From the NCBI GenBank assembly GCA_032718475.1, contig JAUCBJ010007339.1, positions 1-48,919 of the forward strand: a stretch of DNA of 48,919 bases, in the 5' to 3' direction. Of the stretch, positions 23,842 through 37,735 are shown in pieces. Each line of letters opens with the position of its first letter. The first letter of the stretch is position 1. The position numbers and the translations under genes were made by a program. The stretch is from Nemertoderma westbladi (taxonomy: Eukaryota > Animalia > Xenacoelomorpha). A model generated the notes under the pieces. That model was not told where the DNA came from, ran no database searches, and saw only the letters and a program-made list of their open reading frames with translations.

Positions 23842-24803
23842 GCAGACTGACAGAAATACCTGAATACTGAAATAGTATAAATAGGGCCTAGGCCTACAGA
23901 AATAGTACAGTAGTACCGGTAATAATCAGATAATACGGTGTCGCTATGCCTGTATGCGCTAATACAGTAATAATACAGTATCATTTCATTAAGCGCAGCC
24001 AAGGCCTGAAGCTATTGTCTGCGCCGAACACTGCGCTGAAGGCGGATACAGCCTGCAGCCTGCAGGGCACCATCCACCATCAGACACGAGATACAAGTCC
24101 CTAAAAGGTGACACCATGCCCCATAGCCCGGGAAATTCGAATGATTGAAAAACACACGTACTGACGTAATTCGAACTGGAAAGGGTCGCAGATCAGATCT
24201 GCCACCTATATTTTGGCGGCAAATTCAAATATGTTGCATCATTGAATACACAGGAATAGACTACAACAGTACGGTACGGTAAGACTAATGTAATTAAATC
24301 AGAATACATTTTTTTGTATCTGTTTAAATCACTCATTATATCCGTTTTGTCGTGTTTTTACTTTTTTTGGTCCGTTGATATTCCCGATTCTGGTTAAAGG
24401 GAACCAGTATATCTATGCAGTACATTCAGTACGACTTACAAGTAGGCCTACAACAAACTGATTACTAAAACCGGACGGACCAAATACCAGTAGTCAACAT
24501 ACTGTAGGCGTAGGCAGGGGGTGGGCATTATGGGCACGTGCCGTACCCCAAATCCCCAATAGGTCCGCTTCAGCCGAAAAATGAAAGTAATTTTAATTTT
24601 GGTTAAAATTATAATTGTAATGATGCAATAACAAAATTAAAATATAAATTAATATTTATGTTCGTTTATTCAATTAAGTTTTTGTTGTTGGGTTTTAAAA
24701 AAACTTTACTTGTCTTCGCCGAATTACCAAATTTGAATTTCCCGCTTTAAAAAAGTCTACTCTCTAACCGAAAGGCATAGGCCTGCTGATCCTATCAGTA
24801 CTG

Positions 24804-26360
24804 CCCAGGTAGCACAAATACGTAAATTTACGGTAAATTTACGTTCATTATTCGTCCAGACGTTCTGGATTTATGTTCATATGACGTTGTATTTCTCCCA
24901 TAAGATGCTATTGATGCTAAACGTTCAATAGTTCAAAGTTGGCCGTCAGAAGTACCGTAATATGAACGGGCAATTGAACGTAAAAGAGACCACAGGCAAT
25001 CTATGTTCAAATGACGTGTTCACTAGACGTTCATTTCTGGTGTGTTATAGGTCCATATTAGGTTGAATAAACGTAAAAATTTAACGTGAGACCAACCAAT
25101 CACTGTTTGTTGGTGCATGTTCTGTGTAGAGAGGGGAGGGGGGGGGGGGGGGGGGGGTTAGCCTACCTTATCCAATCCCTACACCCTATCCTAAGGCCCT
25201 ACACCTACAATACCCTATACATTTAGAGAAGGAAGCATGAGAGTATATATGAAATTATTTAATCGATAGTGATATAAGAGTATCCATGATATATTATGGT
25301 GATGATCCACAAATTCACATTGGATTAGTTAGATTTCTGTATTTTATCTTATTTCCAGCCAAAATAGATTATTCATATTGATGAATCTTAAAAAAATTAA
25401 TTAATTTTATGACCTTATAATTGATATTTTAAATTTTGTATCTATGCAATAAGGCAATAATACATACAAAAAGCAATTGAAACGTAAGAAAGGTTTATAT
25501 AATATGATAAATTTGTAAAATAAAAAATAATGTTTTGCGATTAAAAAAATTACCCTACGCATGATAGAAGTTTGAACATTCCAACGCCCATACTGTATAT
25601 CCGATTTATCTCAACAAAATGTAATGGTATTTGGTCAGTTGGTATCAAAATAGACAAACTTTTGCGGTTTTCTTTGTTTGATATTTTCTTGGTTCAAAAG
25701 GCCTAATATATTCTAATAATTTTATTACAATTTTTCGTGACATAGTACTAGTGTATTAGCTTTAGTAATCAGTAGAATCACCTTTGTCTAATTTTGATGT
25801 TATTTGTTGTTTAAAATGTTTAAAAATGCGTCAGCATTGTATTGGTTATCAATGTTTTGTTGTGTGAATAATTTTTCGATTACTTAAAGTAATTGTTTTG
25901 TATTGAGAATGAACCATTAGTCCAGATATAACTAAGCGGAACCACACCAACCATACAAGGAGTAGGCTAACCAACATAAAAAATAATTGCACAATAATAA
26001 ATAGTCAGATAATTGTATCACGAACAAGTTTGAACATGCCATTGACATAACAAGTTAAAGTAAATTATGTTTGAACGTTCATAAACGTTCAAACAACGTA
26101 CATATTTAGGTACAAAGAAATGAACGCATAACTGGACGCAATTTGAACGTTCAATATTCGTTTGTTTTGGTTCATATTCAATTTCTTTAAAGTTAGGACG
26201 TTAAATTACCTAATGTGAACGTCACAATTTGGTAAATTACTCACAACGTCAGCAATTTTTACCTATTTTGAACAATATTTCATTGATGTTCAGATTCGCA
26301 TAAAAAAAGTACCAAATATGAACGTTCAATTTCTTTCGTGGACGTCCTGTGCTACCTGGG
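24804..26360. mobile_element. Non-autonomous DNA transposon, EnSpm/CACTA-like
   Basis: 13-bp perfect TIR CCCAGGTAGCACA; 2-bp TSD TG (24802-24803, 26361-26362); many subterminal ACGTTCA/TGAACGT motifs; AT-rich non-coding middle. Confidence 0.8.
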
Positions 26361-26389
26361 TGATAGTACTAAATTCTATCAGTACTTAC

Positions 26390-27463
26390 CAGTATACGAT
26401 GGTTCGACGACATTTGTGTCTACTGTTGATGGTGGAACAGAACCATTTGAAGTATTATGGGGAGTCCTTCAGGGAGACACACTTGCGCCATTCTTGTTCA
26501 TAATTGTGATTGACTATGTTCTAAGCATGTCTTTAGATCATCATAATGATGATGGGGTGATGGTAACTCCACCTACTGGCTCCAAAAGTCGAGGAAATCC
26601 TGCCAAGTACCTAACTGATCTAGACTTTGCTGGTGACTTAGGAGTACTCATTGTCTTTTTGTTAATTCCAAAAAGACCACAATTTTGACAGTTAACTTTG
26701 AAAGTCCTCAGCAAGTCTCTGACCGAATGAGGATAAGCTCAAAGGATGGTATGCTTGAGCATGTGGACGACTTCTATTACCTGTGATCATGGATCCCGAA
26801 GTCAGGTGAGGACCTTCGAATACGTAAGGGAAAGGCAAGGGCAGCCTTGAATGGGTTTTCCAGAAGTCACTCAGAATTCATCGCAAACTTTATGGTCCGA
26901 TTATTTAGAGCAGCAGTAGTTCCACTACTCCTCTATAGGAGTCCATGCTGGACTCTAACCGCTGAGGACATCAAATCTGTGGATGGCACATTCACAAGAA
27001 TGCTACGCCGGGTCCACTGTATCAAATACAAGGCACACATCTCCACCAGACAAATATATAACATTGGAGGTGTCTTATTGGTTGCCCCAAGCTTGACACT
27101 AGAACAAAGCCACCTCCGCTTTGCAGGACATTGCTTTTGCCGTGAGGACCAGTCTGCGCACAATCTTGTGCTTTGGCAGCAGCATGGAGAATATAAGCAT
27201 GGTGGACAGCCCATGACTTTAGTGAGATGCATCTTAAAGGACACTGGCCTTGAAAATGTGGATAATCTCGCGAAAGTCATGGGGGATAGGGAGTTGTGGC
27301 GGTGCAACTTTGTTGATAAGCCGGCATAGCATTCCTAATGCACGCTGCAATAGGCTTGCCATTTGTGGATTGTACGATGGTGACAAAATACTTTTGTTAA
27401 GCCGGTATAGCATGTCAATGTTCAGTTTCAATGCAGCAGGCCGATTACAGTAGTAGTGGTAGT
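26390..27463 (+). mobile_element. 5'-truncated decayed RTE-clade LINE
   Basis: GVLQGDTLAPFLFIIVIDYVL; LTDLDFAGDL; RLFRAAVVPLLLY...WTLT...DGTFTRMLR; LRFAGHC; 3' UTR ending in (GTA)n. Confidence 0.88.
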
Positions 27464-28539
27464 CCCCCACACTATTCCTACCTTAATATGCTCTGGCTAA
27501 ACCAATGGACATGCCTATATTTCATTATTGAAACGAATTAAAAAGTAGCCATTTTGGTAAAAACGAACCGCCCTTTTAAAATCCTGGCTACGGGCCTGTA
27601 AACTAGTACTGTAAAAACAAATTATATATAATAGCTATGTCTATTTCCAAATTTCATAGGGGGGGGGGGGGGGGGGGGGGTAACATAATGCAGGATATGA
27701 GAGGATTATGTGTACGGTACACACAGTGAAGAGGTGGTGGCCACCCTCTTCACAAATTCCTACTGTAGATCCTCCACTGCTGTATTATGAATTGTACACC
27801 AATTTTTAACATTTCTTAACCCGTGATTTTAATTAAGTCTACTTTAGTAATACGCTATACTGTACTACTGTATATGTATGTATAATAATTTTTGTTTCTA
27901 ATATGTGTACTATCCATATTCAATTTGAAGTATTGTTTTAATATGTGTATGCCTACTATCTATATTATTACTAATAAATCAATATCAACCCAAAAAAACA
28001 ACAGACAGGATTATTTACAAAGAATTTATATGAAATCTATTACGTCACAGGAGGTGCTCGACCCCTTCCCATTTAGGCTTATAATATTTAATTTCTAAAG
28101 AAAGTAAGGCGTGCGTAAGTTTATCCATCAGTCAATAAATGCTGCATACTCGAGTATAATGAGGAAGTCAAACGACTCAACGGTGACTGACAAATCAATA
28201 GTTCCACAAAATAATTAATAGAACCTTTTTGTAGGTACTGTAGCTGTAGCCCTGTACTGTACTGTACTGTACTGTAGGTACTGTAGCCCTGTAGAATACC
28301 TAATGGCTCATTGCCTATAAAGATGTTTTCATTCACTACAATTAATGACATCTTCTATTCGGCATAGGTAGATTTTCGATTGGTTACCTGAAACAAGTGC
28401 TTCGATCCGATTGGTTGCTTGTTTTTCTATGAAGCTAAGAAACGTAGTGACAATTGCATGACACTCCAAGAAGCATGCCATCTCCTCTCCATATCCCGTT
28501 TAGAATACCTCAAATAAATTAATTTATAACATTTACGTC

Positions 28540-28610
28540 ATGGCGGGAGGTCAAAAGGATGTCAACAAATTCTTCTACAGCCTTGGAGAAAGAGCAACTT
28601 CATTCAAAAG
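28540..28610 (+). CDS. GAD: Glutamate decarboxylase, predicted coding exon 1
   Basis: ATG MAGGQKDVNKFFYSLGERATSFK + AG|GTAATG; phase 2 matches the next exon; inverted CCAAT motifs upstream at ~28378 and ~28409. Confidence 0.65.
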
Positions 28611-29266
28611 GTAATGTTTTACTATCTTAATGAGTAATATCTGGGAAATATTTCAATGGATATTACTGGGGCAGCTACTCTAGCTGTCAGAGAATTGCGA
28701 TCGTAAGGAACTGTAAAAGTCTGTCTGTGAGCAGAATTTCTTTATTCAGCAACGCCCAGGTCACTCATACCAAAATTCAGATGAATGTGGTGGTTGGTTC
28801 TACTGTATAAAGCAACATTTACGTTTCTGTCAATTCGCTCTCTAGCGGCAGACATAGGAACTACAGAAGTCTGTTTTCTGCAAAATTTAAACTTTTGATA
28901 GACTGCATTTGTACCTTCCTTTTGTAAAATAAATAGTTATTAAATATTTAATTTACACAATTAATTGCGGGGATGCTAAAAGGGAATAAGGGATAACAAG
29001 GTGTCCTGAATCCAGTGGCGGGGTGTTTTTTTGTAAAAACACAAGGAGATGGTGGAAATGGCGGATTTAAGTAAGCGCAGGAAGCCAACTTTGAAAATCA
29101 GCTGAGATTGGCTGTTACAGATTTGATGTCCCTACAAAGTGATCTTATAATTTTGTGTGGTACAGTAGGACGGTTTCGGCATACTGGTGTACTCCTGTAC
29201 TCGTCCTACCTGCGGTGTCGTCCTACTCCTTATTTTGGCCTACTACCCTTTTCTTTACGTACTCAG

Positions 29267-29372
29267 GTACGCCTTACATAAGTTGGAGGAGAATCTTAGC
29301 ACCGAAGAGGTTGTCGTCAACGAACAATGGGAGAAGAAGAAGTCTATCGATTCGGATATATTCCAAAAGGAG
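29267..29372 (+). CDS. GAD: Glutamate decarboxylase, predicted coding exon 2
   Basis: Polypyrimidine tract + CAG; YALHKLEENLSTEEVVVNEQWEKKKSIDSDIFQKE|GTAGAG; phases consistent on both sides. Confidence 0.65.
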
Positions 29373-29574
29373 GTAGAGTACAATATACAGTAGTACGGTA
29401 AGAGTAGGCTACAGTACATCTTTCTAAAATATCTACTGAAACCACTAGTGACATTGTTACTGTATAATGATAATAACGCTGTTAGTTTGCACCACCCAAT
29501 CAATGATTATCCTTACTGTGCGTGTTCAAAAACCGGCAGGTTTTACTTGTTGGAGGACAGGAAGAGTAGCAGAA

Positions 29575-30385
29575 AATATGTGGTACCAGTCGGAGCAGGC
29601 AGACAGGAGCTGTAGCAGCAAGGATTGTGGTACCGATCGGAGAAGTCGCTGTAGCAGTAAAGGATGTGGTACCAGTCGGAGCAGTAGGAGTACGGATGTG
29701 GTACCGGGTCGGAGCAGTAGCTGATAGCAGTAAGGATGTGGTACGAGGCGGAGCAGGAGCAGTAAGGATGTGGTATCAGTCGGAGCAGTGGCTGTAGCAG
29801 TAAGGATGTGGTACGAGTCGGTGCAGGAGCAGTAATGATGTGGTATCAGTCGGAGCAGTAGCAGTACGGATGTGGTACCGGGTCGGAGCAGTCGCTGTAG
29901 CAGTAAAGATGTGGTACCAGTCGGAGCAGTAGCTGTATCATTAATGATGTGGTACCAGTACCAGTCGGAACAGTAGCAGTACGGATGTGGTACCGGGTCG
30001 GAGCAGGAGCAGTAAGGATGTGGTATCAGTCGGAGCAGGAGCATTAGGGATGTGGTACCAGTCAGAGTAGTAGCAGTAAGGATGTTGTACCGGATCGGAG
30101 CAGTAGCTGTAGCAGTAAGGATGTGGTACCGGGTCGAAGTAGTAGCAGTACGGATGTGGTACCGGGTCGGAGCAGTAGCAGTAAGGATATGGCACGAGTC
30201 GGAGCAGGAGCATTAAGGATGTGGTACCAGTCAGAGCAGTAGCAGTAAGGATGTGGTACCGGATCGGAGCAGTAGCTGTAGCAGTACGGATGTGGTACCA
30301 ATCGGTGCAGTATCTGTATCAGTAAGATTATGGTAGGCCTACTGGTCAGACCAGTAGCAGTAAGAATGTGGTACTGGTAGGAGCA
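29575..30385. repeat. Intronic minisatellite, ~23 units of about 33-39 bp
   Basis: Unit GGATGTGGTACCRGTCGGAGCAGTAGC(TGTAGC)AGTAA. Confidence 0.95.
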
Positions 30386-30694
30386 AGTTTGCCCGCAGTG
30401 TCAGCAATGCATGTCAGTGAGAGATGAATCAACTGGTGGTTCTGCAAATGAGATGATGGGCGATGATGAGCACTGTCACAAGTAACCACATGGCTGTGCG
30501 TTGTACAAAGCGCAGACACTGTCATGAATATCAGCTAGGATTATGCGAATCGCCTTGTGTGTAAATTTACCTATAGTGTATCCAAATTGCTAGCTGGAAT
30601 TAGGTAAAAGAATGTTAAACTGGACTGATGAGTTTGATGATTGATGTTAATATCTTATATTAATCAATTTTTCTATCTAATTTCACTATTGCAG

Positions 30695-30857
30695 GAAGAT
30701 GAACCAGTTCTTCAAAAAAAGAAAAACTGGATAAAATCGCAATTCTCCAAATCAATGGATATCGATAACTCCTTGTTAGAAGAAGAACAGATCAGCGAGT
30801 GGATGATCAATCTTCATTCCACTAAGAAAAGTGATTTCACCAAAGTTTATGCAAAAG
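30695..30857 (+). CDS. GAD: Glutamate decarboxylase, coding exon 3
   Basis: TTGCAG|EDEPV...SDFTKVYAK + G|GTAAAT; SDFTKVYAKELIP resembles the vertebrate GAD67 TDFSNLFARDLLP segment. Confidence 0.8.
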
Positions 30858-31149
30858 GTAAATTTATGTCATTCGTATTCCAAGTATAATTGCAAGAATC
30901 CAAAGCTGGCATTGAAGTCCAAGTGCGATCGATCTGGCTTTAAATTCCAATCGCCATGGGTTGCCATGTGATTATGTAAGTCAGTGTCGTTTAATGTTAG
31001 TGTTATATTTCCGAAAATGGTTGTCATTAATACTGCAAGTTTAATCCGTGTAAAGGTGCAATGATTTCCATACTAAGATACATGAATGACTTGTATTAAT
31101 GTACCCTTTATCCAAGAGATATATTGCATTAAGTTCACCACAGGAAATG

Positions 31150-31640
31150 AGGACAAACAAACTGGTTGCTGTCCCAATGAAAAGACTCCTAACTAACTAT
31201 ATGTCATATCGTGAAACCAGCCTGATTTCTATTGCATCTAAGCTATTCAACACAATAATGTTGAACTTGAAGCGTATAAGTGATCGTGTTTTAAGTCTCA
31301 CATGTAGCAACCAAAATCGGTTCTGAATAGGTACATTCAGCAAATCATTGGAGAATTATCTCAAAGAGACGACATGCACCAACCCATGATATTTGTAGAC
31401 TTGTTCAAAGCTTTCGTTTATGTTTCCTGCCTGCGCATATTTGAGAACCTTGAGGCATATATGGGATCTCCAATGAGATAATTGATGCAAGCAAATCAAT
31501 GAATGATTGCTCCACAACATATATTTTTACAATAGATAGAGATTCAGATCTATTGGAAGTGCCATGTGTTATCCTGCAAGATGAAACACTTGCTCCTTCT
31601 CACTTCACTATTGCGGTGGACATTGGGCAATGTGCCTCAA
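31150..31640 (+). mobile_element. Highly degenerate RTE-like RT fragment
   Basis: Remnants of YR..SLISIASKLFN, FVDLFKAF and ILQDETLAP motifs in order. Confidence 0.6.
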
Positions 31641-33805
31641 ATATATCATGACCAACATATTATAAATATCTTGGAAATACAACCAGTAAGTAGAGGAAAA
31701 TTCCCAACACTTTGAAATACTTCGGATGGTACCGTACCCAAAGAGCACTCGGCATTCTAGAACATTCTGCATCAAATGTTGGACAGGTTAGTCCTGTCGA
31801 TCACTGATATTGCATTTAATATCTCGGCCGGTGGCTTGCGAGAAGAAACGCGATAGTCAACCATCATTGACATTCCTGCAATGTCTGTTAGATGACACTG
31901 ACATTGGTCTTGCTAATGCGATGGATTTGCGATTTACATTGCTGACGTGACCGGTCGGAGATGCATTCTAGTGGTCTTAATAGACCGATGTATGTACCTA
32001 TATAACTATGTATCACAGAAAATATCATTAGGTTACCCTATTTTTGAGAAACTAACAGTAAACATATTATTATTCTCATTTTTTATTTGAGTAGTTCAAA
32101 TTGTGTTTAATTTGCTTACACGGTATTTGTTAGAATTCTTTAATGGCAATTTAAGGGGATCAACATCAAATTGGCTTTAAAAAGATTGGAAGCACCAAGC
32201 CGAAGTTATCTGATGTACATTTACTAGTAAAACAACTGCAACCATCAAAGGTAGCACAAGCCACCTGGTAATTTTTAATTCGATTAATAATGAACACATT
32301 GCACCGATAATACTCGTGCGTAAACTAATTCCCACACAATCCCTGCCGTGATCGTTACCAACAATACCACGTCTTCATTTCAATTGTGAATAACAAATCC
32401 CCACTCGGAATCTCGTAAAGGACGCGATATGAATTTTAGTATGAATTTCAATCAGTAGTAACCGAATATCCGCCACTGGTTTTTGGTTACTATCTCCATC
32501 CTATTTGATTCGATGACGTTTCCGATGGGAATTCATCCGCTTTCCACGCTTACAAACTCGCCTCCTTAATTTATTGCTCCTTATAGATAAATAGTATCTA
32601 GGGATTGCGCAGTTCGTTGAAGCCACAAACTGAAAAGGATTATATCTAATCCACTTTATAATACCAGTTGTATAATACCAGAAGGATTATATTAATGGAT
32701 ATTGCTTTACGGCCATAGGTTTAAGGGTTTATATGTTTAAATAATTTGTGAGTAATATATGTAAGTAATCTATCTCTAAAAGGCAATATTGCTCTTCAAA
32801 TGTTTTTATTTAGTCATTCAGTGAACACTCCATATTTTTCGATCAATTTTAGTAATAATTATCTACTAAATGTGAAGAACGCAGCATTACTACTCATATA
32901 TAATTCATGAAAAAATACTTCCTCTTTGCCACGATTAAGCTTGCATTAACGAATCTATTCAATGCAATCGTAGTATGTGTGTATGTCCTTGAACCAAATA
33001 TATTGGTAGGAATTGTAACATTTCCCTGCTGAGTATCGGCTGAGTCATGTTGTTGCTGTAAAACATTTAGTTTTGGGCGTTCCCATCGTCCCAAACTGCG
33101 TTGTCAACAGCAGTGAAAGTAATGGCTAATCGAGTAACTTCTAGTCAATGACTCAACCGCGTTTAGTTGGCGAAATAATTGGATTATTTATGTCAGAAAA
33201 TTAGAAGGAATAACATCGTTGGTGGTTGGATTCACATCCAAGAGCCGCTACCGGAAGGTATGATGCCAGAAACGGGGAAAAATATCGAATGAGATATACA
33301 GTTAAACATTACAATTCAAACGAAAGACTCACAACAGGCTGGCTGCCATAAAAACAACTCATCGAACATCTTTACGTGTCCTACAGTACTTGAACTAACT
33401 GAGTTACTTCTAGGGTAAGTTTGCAGCGGAATAAAAAGTGTGGTGATCGCAGCACAATTTGAACAATTTGATAAATAAAGAAGAATTTTACATAAAATGG
33501 CGGTGAAAATATGTTGAAAATTCCGAAATATACAGAATGAAAGTTAGAGCGGAATTTTGAGGAATTCGTACGGACTTGTAATTATTTGTAAAATTTGATC
33601 TGCAATAATTTATTGATGTTACTTTAAGGTACGCGAATTTTGGAAAGTTTAGACATTGTTTAGGAAATGCACTAAACGTTAAAATATCAACACAAAGGAC
33701 AAAATCAATGTGTCACGGCTCAAAGCTTTGTACCAAAATGTGAAGCAATATTGAACACCAAAGTTGAAAGTAAAAGGCGCCGTTACCGCTAAAAAGAGTC
33801 AGAAT

Positions 33806-34274
33806 AAGAAAAATGGAAGGCAGATCAGAGAAAAATAAGTCAGAAAATTGAAATCAGAAAATATAAGTCGATAAAATGAAATGGAAGTCAGAACAGAGAA
33901 ATGGAAGTGAGAAAAAAGTAATGGAAGTGAGAAAATGGAAGCCAGAAAGTGGAAGTCAGAATATGGAAGTGAGAAAAGATAAAAGTGTCAGCAAATGGAA
34001 GTGAGAAAATAAAAATGGAAGTCAGAAAATAAAAGCCAGAAAGTGGAAGTCAGAATATGGAAATGAGAAAAGATAAATTGAAGTCAGAAAATTGAAGCAA
34101 GAAAGTTAATGTCAGAAAATGGAATTGAGAAAAAATAAGAAATAGAAGTCAGCCAAATTTCTGACTTCCATTTTTCTGACTTCCATTTTATGACATCCAT
34201 TCTTTTATTCTGATTTCCATTTCCTTTTTCTGAGCTCCATTTTCTGATTTCCGTTTTCTGGCTTCCGTTTTCTG
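33806..34274. repeat. Fold-back satellite: ~14-bp AGAAAATGGAAGTC array followed by an inverted array
   Basis: Orientation switches at ~34153 to TTCTGACTTCCATTTT units. Confidence 0.9.
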
Positions 34275-37228
34275 TACGAGAATGTTAATATGATAAAAAG
34301 AAAAAAAAAGAAAATATATTAATAATATTGATGTGTTGTTAAAATATTAATTATTGGATGAGAATATTACATGCAGTGTGTGAAACCCCCTGTCTCCAAT
34401 TAATCCACATTAAATGCTTCTGGGTAGAATAGGGTAAATTAGGCTGTAGAGATTGGGAGAGGCGGGGCGCGGGGGGAGGGGTGAAGTTAACTTTTCATAT
34501 ATAACGTAACTGTACTGTAACTCTCAATTAATATAATATCTAACATTACAAGATTACAACAAATGTTCGAAGACATTTTTATTGGTCTCTAAGTAGTATC
34601 ATTCGTGATTCTTGCAACCCCTTTAGCACTCACTATTCACCGGCCGTTGTTTGTTGTTAACCACACAAATAATTGTCATGCAACTGCAGTGTACTGTATA
34701 TTCATTCATCAACGAAATATATGTTGTCTCCATCACAATACGTGCCCTGAAGACGTAATCAAACGAACCTCTTGATGTATCTGTCAATGCCACTGTAGTT
34801 GAAGCCTGAGAGCATAGATGTTGGGCATTACTCGCCCGAAGGTTAGCAGGTACACCGAAATAGGAATTATATTACAGTATATTTCATATTCCCTACTTGA
34901 GCACGCGCCACCAATGGAAGGCTAATGAGTAAAATATGTGGGAAACCCACAGAAAGAACTTCATACAAGACGTCTTCACATCAACTCCATAGATCCATCC
35001 CGCCAGTCCGTGGATCAATAATGTAATATAGTGTAGCGGGAGGGAGGCCTGCAACCTTGCAAAAACTATTCAGCCAATCCACTGCTTCTTCAGAAAATAA
35101 CGAGTTTTTTTTTAGTTAAGCCCGTTTAGGAACAAACATTCATTAACTGTACAATTGTATTGCCGCAGTTCAGTAACCACCATGTCTTCCTTTAATGGTC
35201 TTCCCATTCTCAACAAGGTATACTCCTGTACATTTGATGTATCTAATTTGCTATGTAATGCAATTACAACGACCATATGCATCTGATGTAAGGATATATT
35301 GTCCTTTCTGAGAGTTTTGGAGAGACATGCTTCAATCATTACCCGACAAGAGCCAGAAATCACTTAGAGGAGGTATACTACTGTTGAGTAGTTCATTACC
35401 TGTATTGTGTTCAAATATAAAGGAATTAATTCATAAACCTTGGGAAACCATCTCTTACTATATATAACTCAGTATTAATACTACAACCGTTCCGCATCTT
35501 GCATTGTATTCAAACTGTGGCTCACATTACAAAGCATAATTTATTTTTGATATGACATGTATCACTTGTATTACTTGAATTACCACATTACTGTGAATTG
35601 TCAGGGCAAAATATCACGCCCGTTCGCCGTTTGGGTATAGTGCTTTCTAATGTTGCAGCCTAACCTTATAGTGTGGGGGCTTCGTCCTTCAATGATCGGT
35701 AATTAGCGAACCACATTAACTTTGGAAACATAGAAAAGTGGAAGGGTTTATTGCAGAAGATCACCCATGATGGTGAACAGGCATTCCTTTGGGAAACAGA
35801 TTGGAAATGTTTACTGTGGAAGATCACCTATATTGGTGAACATAATACTTAAATAAAGTTATCTATAAATATATCTATATTTCGAAAAAGTTATTTCTTA
35901 CACGATCATATGTAAACTTCTGACAATTAGGAAGAATTTGGGGTCGCTTATCTTGAATCTGGGGTAGATATATTTTACGTGACAAGAAGCGTACATATGA
36001 GCTCTAATATTTAATTTTCGAATAAGTGCCAATCATCCGATCATTATCCCAACCATTAATGTGCTCCCAATTTTTGGAGTGTATAGAGAGTGGGTTTTCT
36101 AACTCATGGCTGCCTCTGGCGCTCCAATTACAGCGGCACCGTTTAATGGAATAGCAATAGGAGATATTTGCATGACGTGGTGCTGTTAGGCACGCGCGTA
36201 CGTTAAGGACGCCTCGTTAGTAGAGCGACAACTACGGAGAATCAGCCGGTGTAATTTATGTTTTATAATTGTTCTCTCCGAGCCAAGGGATGCAGCACTC
36301 ACTCCCAAACGCCCACAAACATTCAGACAGTTTCCAAGCGTAAATATCCACTGGGGTCGAGAAGGTGAAACGCGTATATGCTGTATATCTCTCTCCCTCT
36401 ATTGTCTAGTAAAAAAAAATCAGCGCCAATCTTTAGTATTTATTATTAGCAGCGTATACCGCTTTGGTACATACATTAATTAAAATGGATCTATCAGGAA
36501 CTTTATGAGGGAAAAGTTAGATATATAAACTCTGCAAACGTTTCAATTACCTATCGCAAACCATAATCGCAGTGCAAAGAATACTACAGTATAATAAATT
36601 ATGGTGCATAAAATGAATTACATATCCGGAAAAACTGTTTCTTTTTATTTTCAACTTAAAATGAAAATCACTAACTACAGACATCGAACATATACCTACA
36701 TACAGTACAGTAATATTAGATGTTGTCGCGCCAAAGTTCATCAGGTTTAGGAAAAGCGAACATTAAATAACATAACATTGTATTTTTCCTGTAGGTTTTC
36801 CAATTAATATTGTAAGGTATGGTAGATTGGGTATGGGTAGGTACCTCGAAATAATTTCTAAATAGTTTGTAGGTTGAATACTTATTTATTGCTGACGTAA
36901 ATATTATCTTGCTGTCAGATCAGTTCCAAACGCCTTCTCCAATTCACAGCTCAATAGTTCCAAAGGGATTCAGTTACTGTACTTACAAAAACGGTAATAT
37001 CGCAATGTTATTTAACCCACATTAGAATTATAATGGAAAGTCAAATGTTCAAATCATCAAATGGTAAGAAAGTTTGGCTTTATCATTATAAAGTTGTACC
37101 TACAGTATAAGGGCTTCTGATACCGAACTTTCCAGTACGTAGGCCTACTGAGGAACTTTTCCCTGAAACTCTCCAAAGTACAACCAAAATTATTGCCTTG
37201 ATAATTAAACTCCGAAATTGTTTTGCAG

Positions 37229-37338
37229 AACTAATACCACAAGAAATGGCCCCTTTCCCAAAGACAAACGAATTCCTACTTCGTGTTATTGAGATTCTTA
37301 TGGATTATGTACACAAGTGTCAAGACCGAAAAGAAAAG
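37229..37338 (+). CDS. GAD: Glutamate decarboxylase, coding exon 4
   Basis: TTTTGCAG|(E)LIPQEMAPFPKTNEFLLRVIEILMDYVHKCQDRKEK|GTATGT. Confidence 0.92.
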
Positions 37339-37735
37339 GTATGTTATTAAAGATTACAGTAACTATTTATAAATGAGTTTGTAAAATAGCACTGTAACTG
37401 TACAGTGTGCCGATTTGAGTGGTATGTCACACGAACGCAATGAGTTACTGCAAAAAATATTGTAAATTACAATGCAACAAACGTATGTTAGTTTTATTTC
37501 AAAATTGTGATCAATACAAAACCACTACTTTCTATCGGTACCAACAACTACAAGGTTGAAGAACAACTGCTACAAAACTAAAGCAAATTAAAATATTATC
37601 CTATATCTTTACGATGTGTAGGAAAATTTTGAGGGCCTGGGGTGGGAGGTGCTGGGTGGGGGGTGGGGGGGGGGGGGGGGGGGGGGGTACTCTCTCAGAA
37701 CAACTCTAATTACCGGAGGTATTGATTTAATACAC

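Noticed and set aside
29526-30301. Cys/Tyr/Leu-rich ORFs
   Set aside because: Translation artefacts of the intronic minisatellite
29013-32478. CAGTGGCGG / CCGCCACTG as a hAT TIR pair
   Set aside because: Only 9 bp, no TSD seen, and it would span two GAD exons
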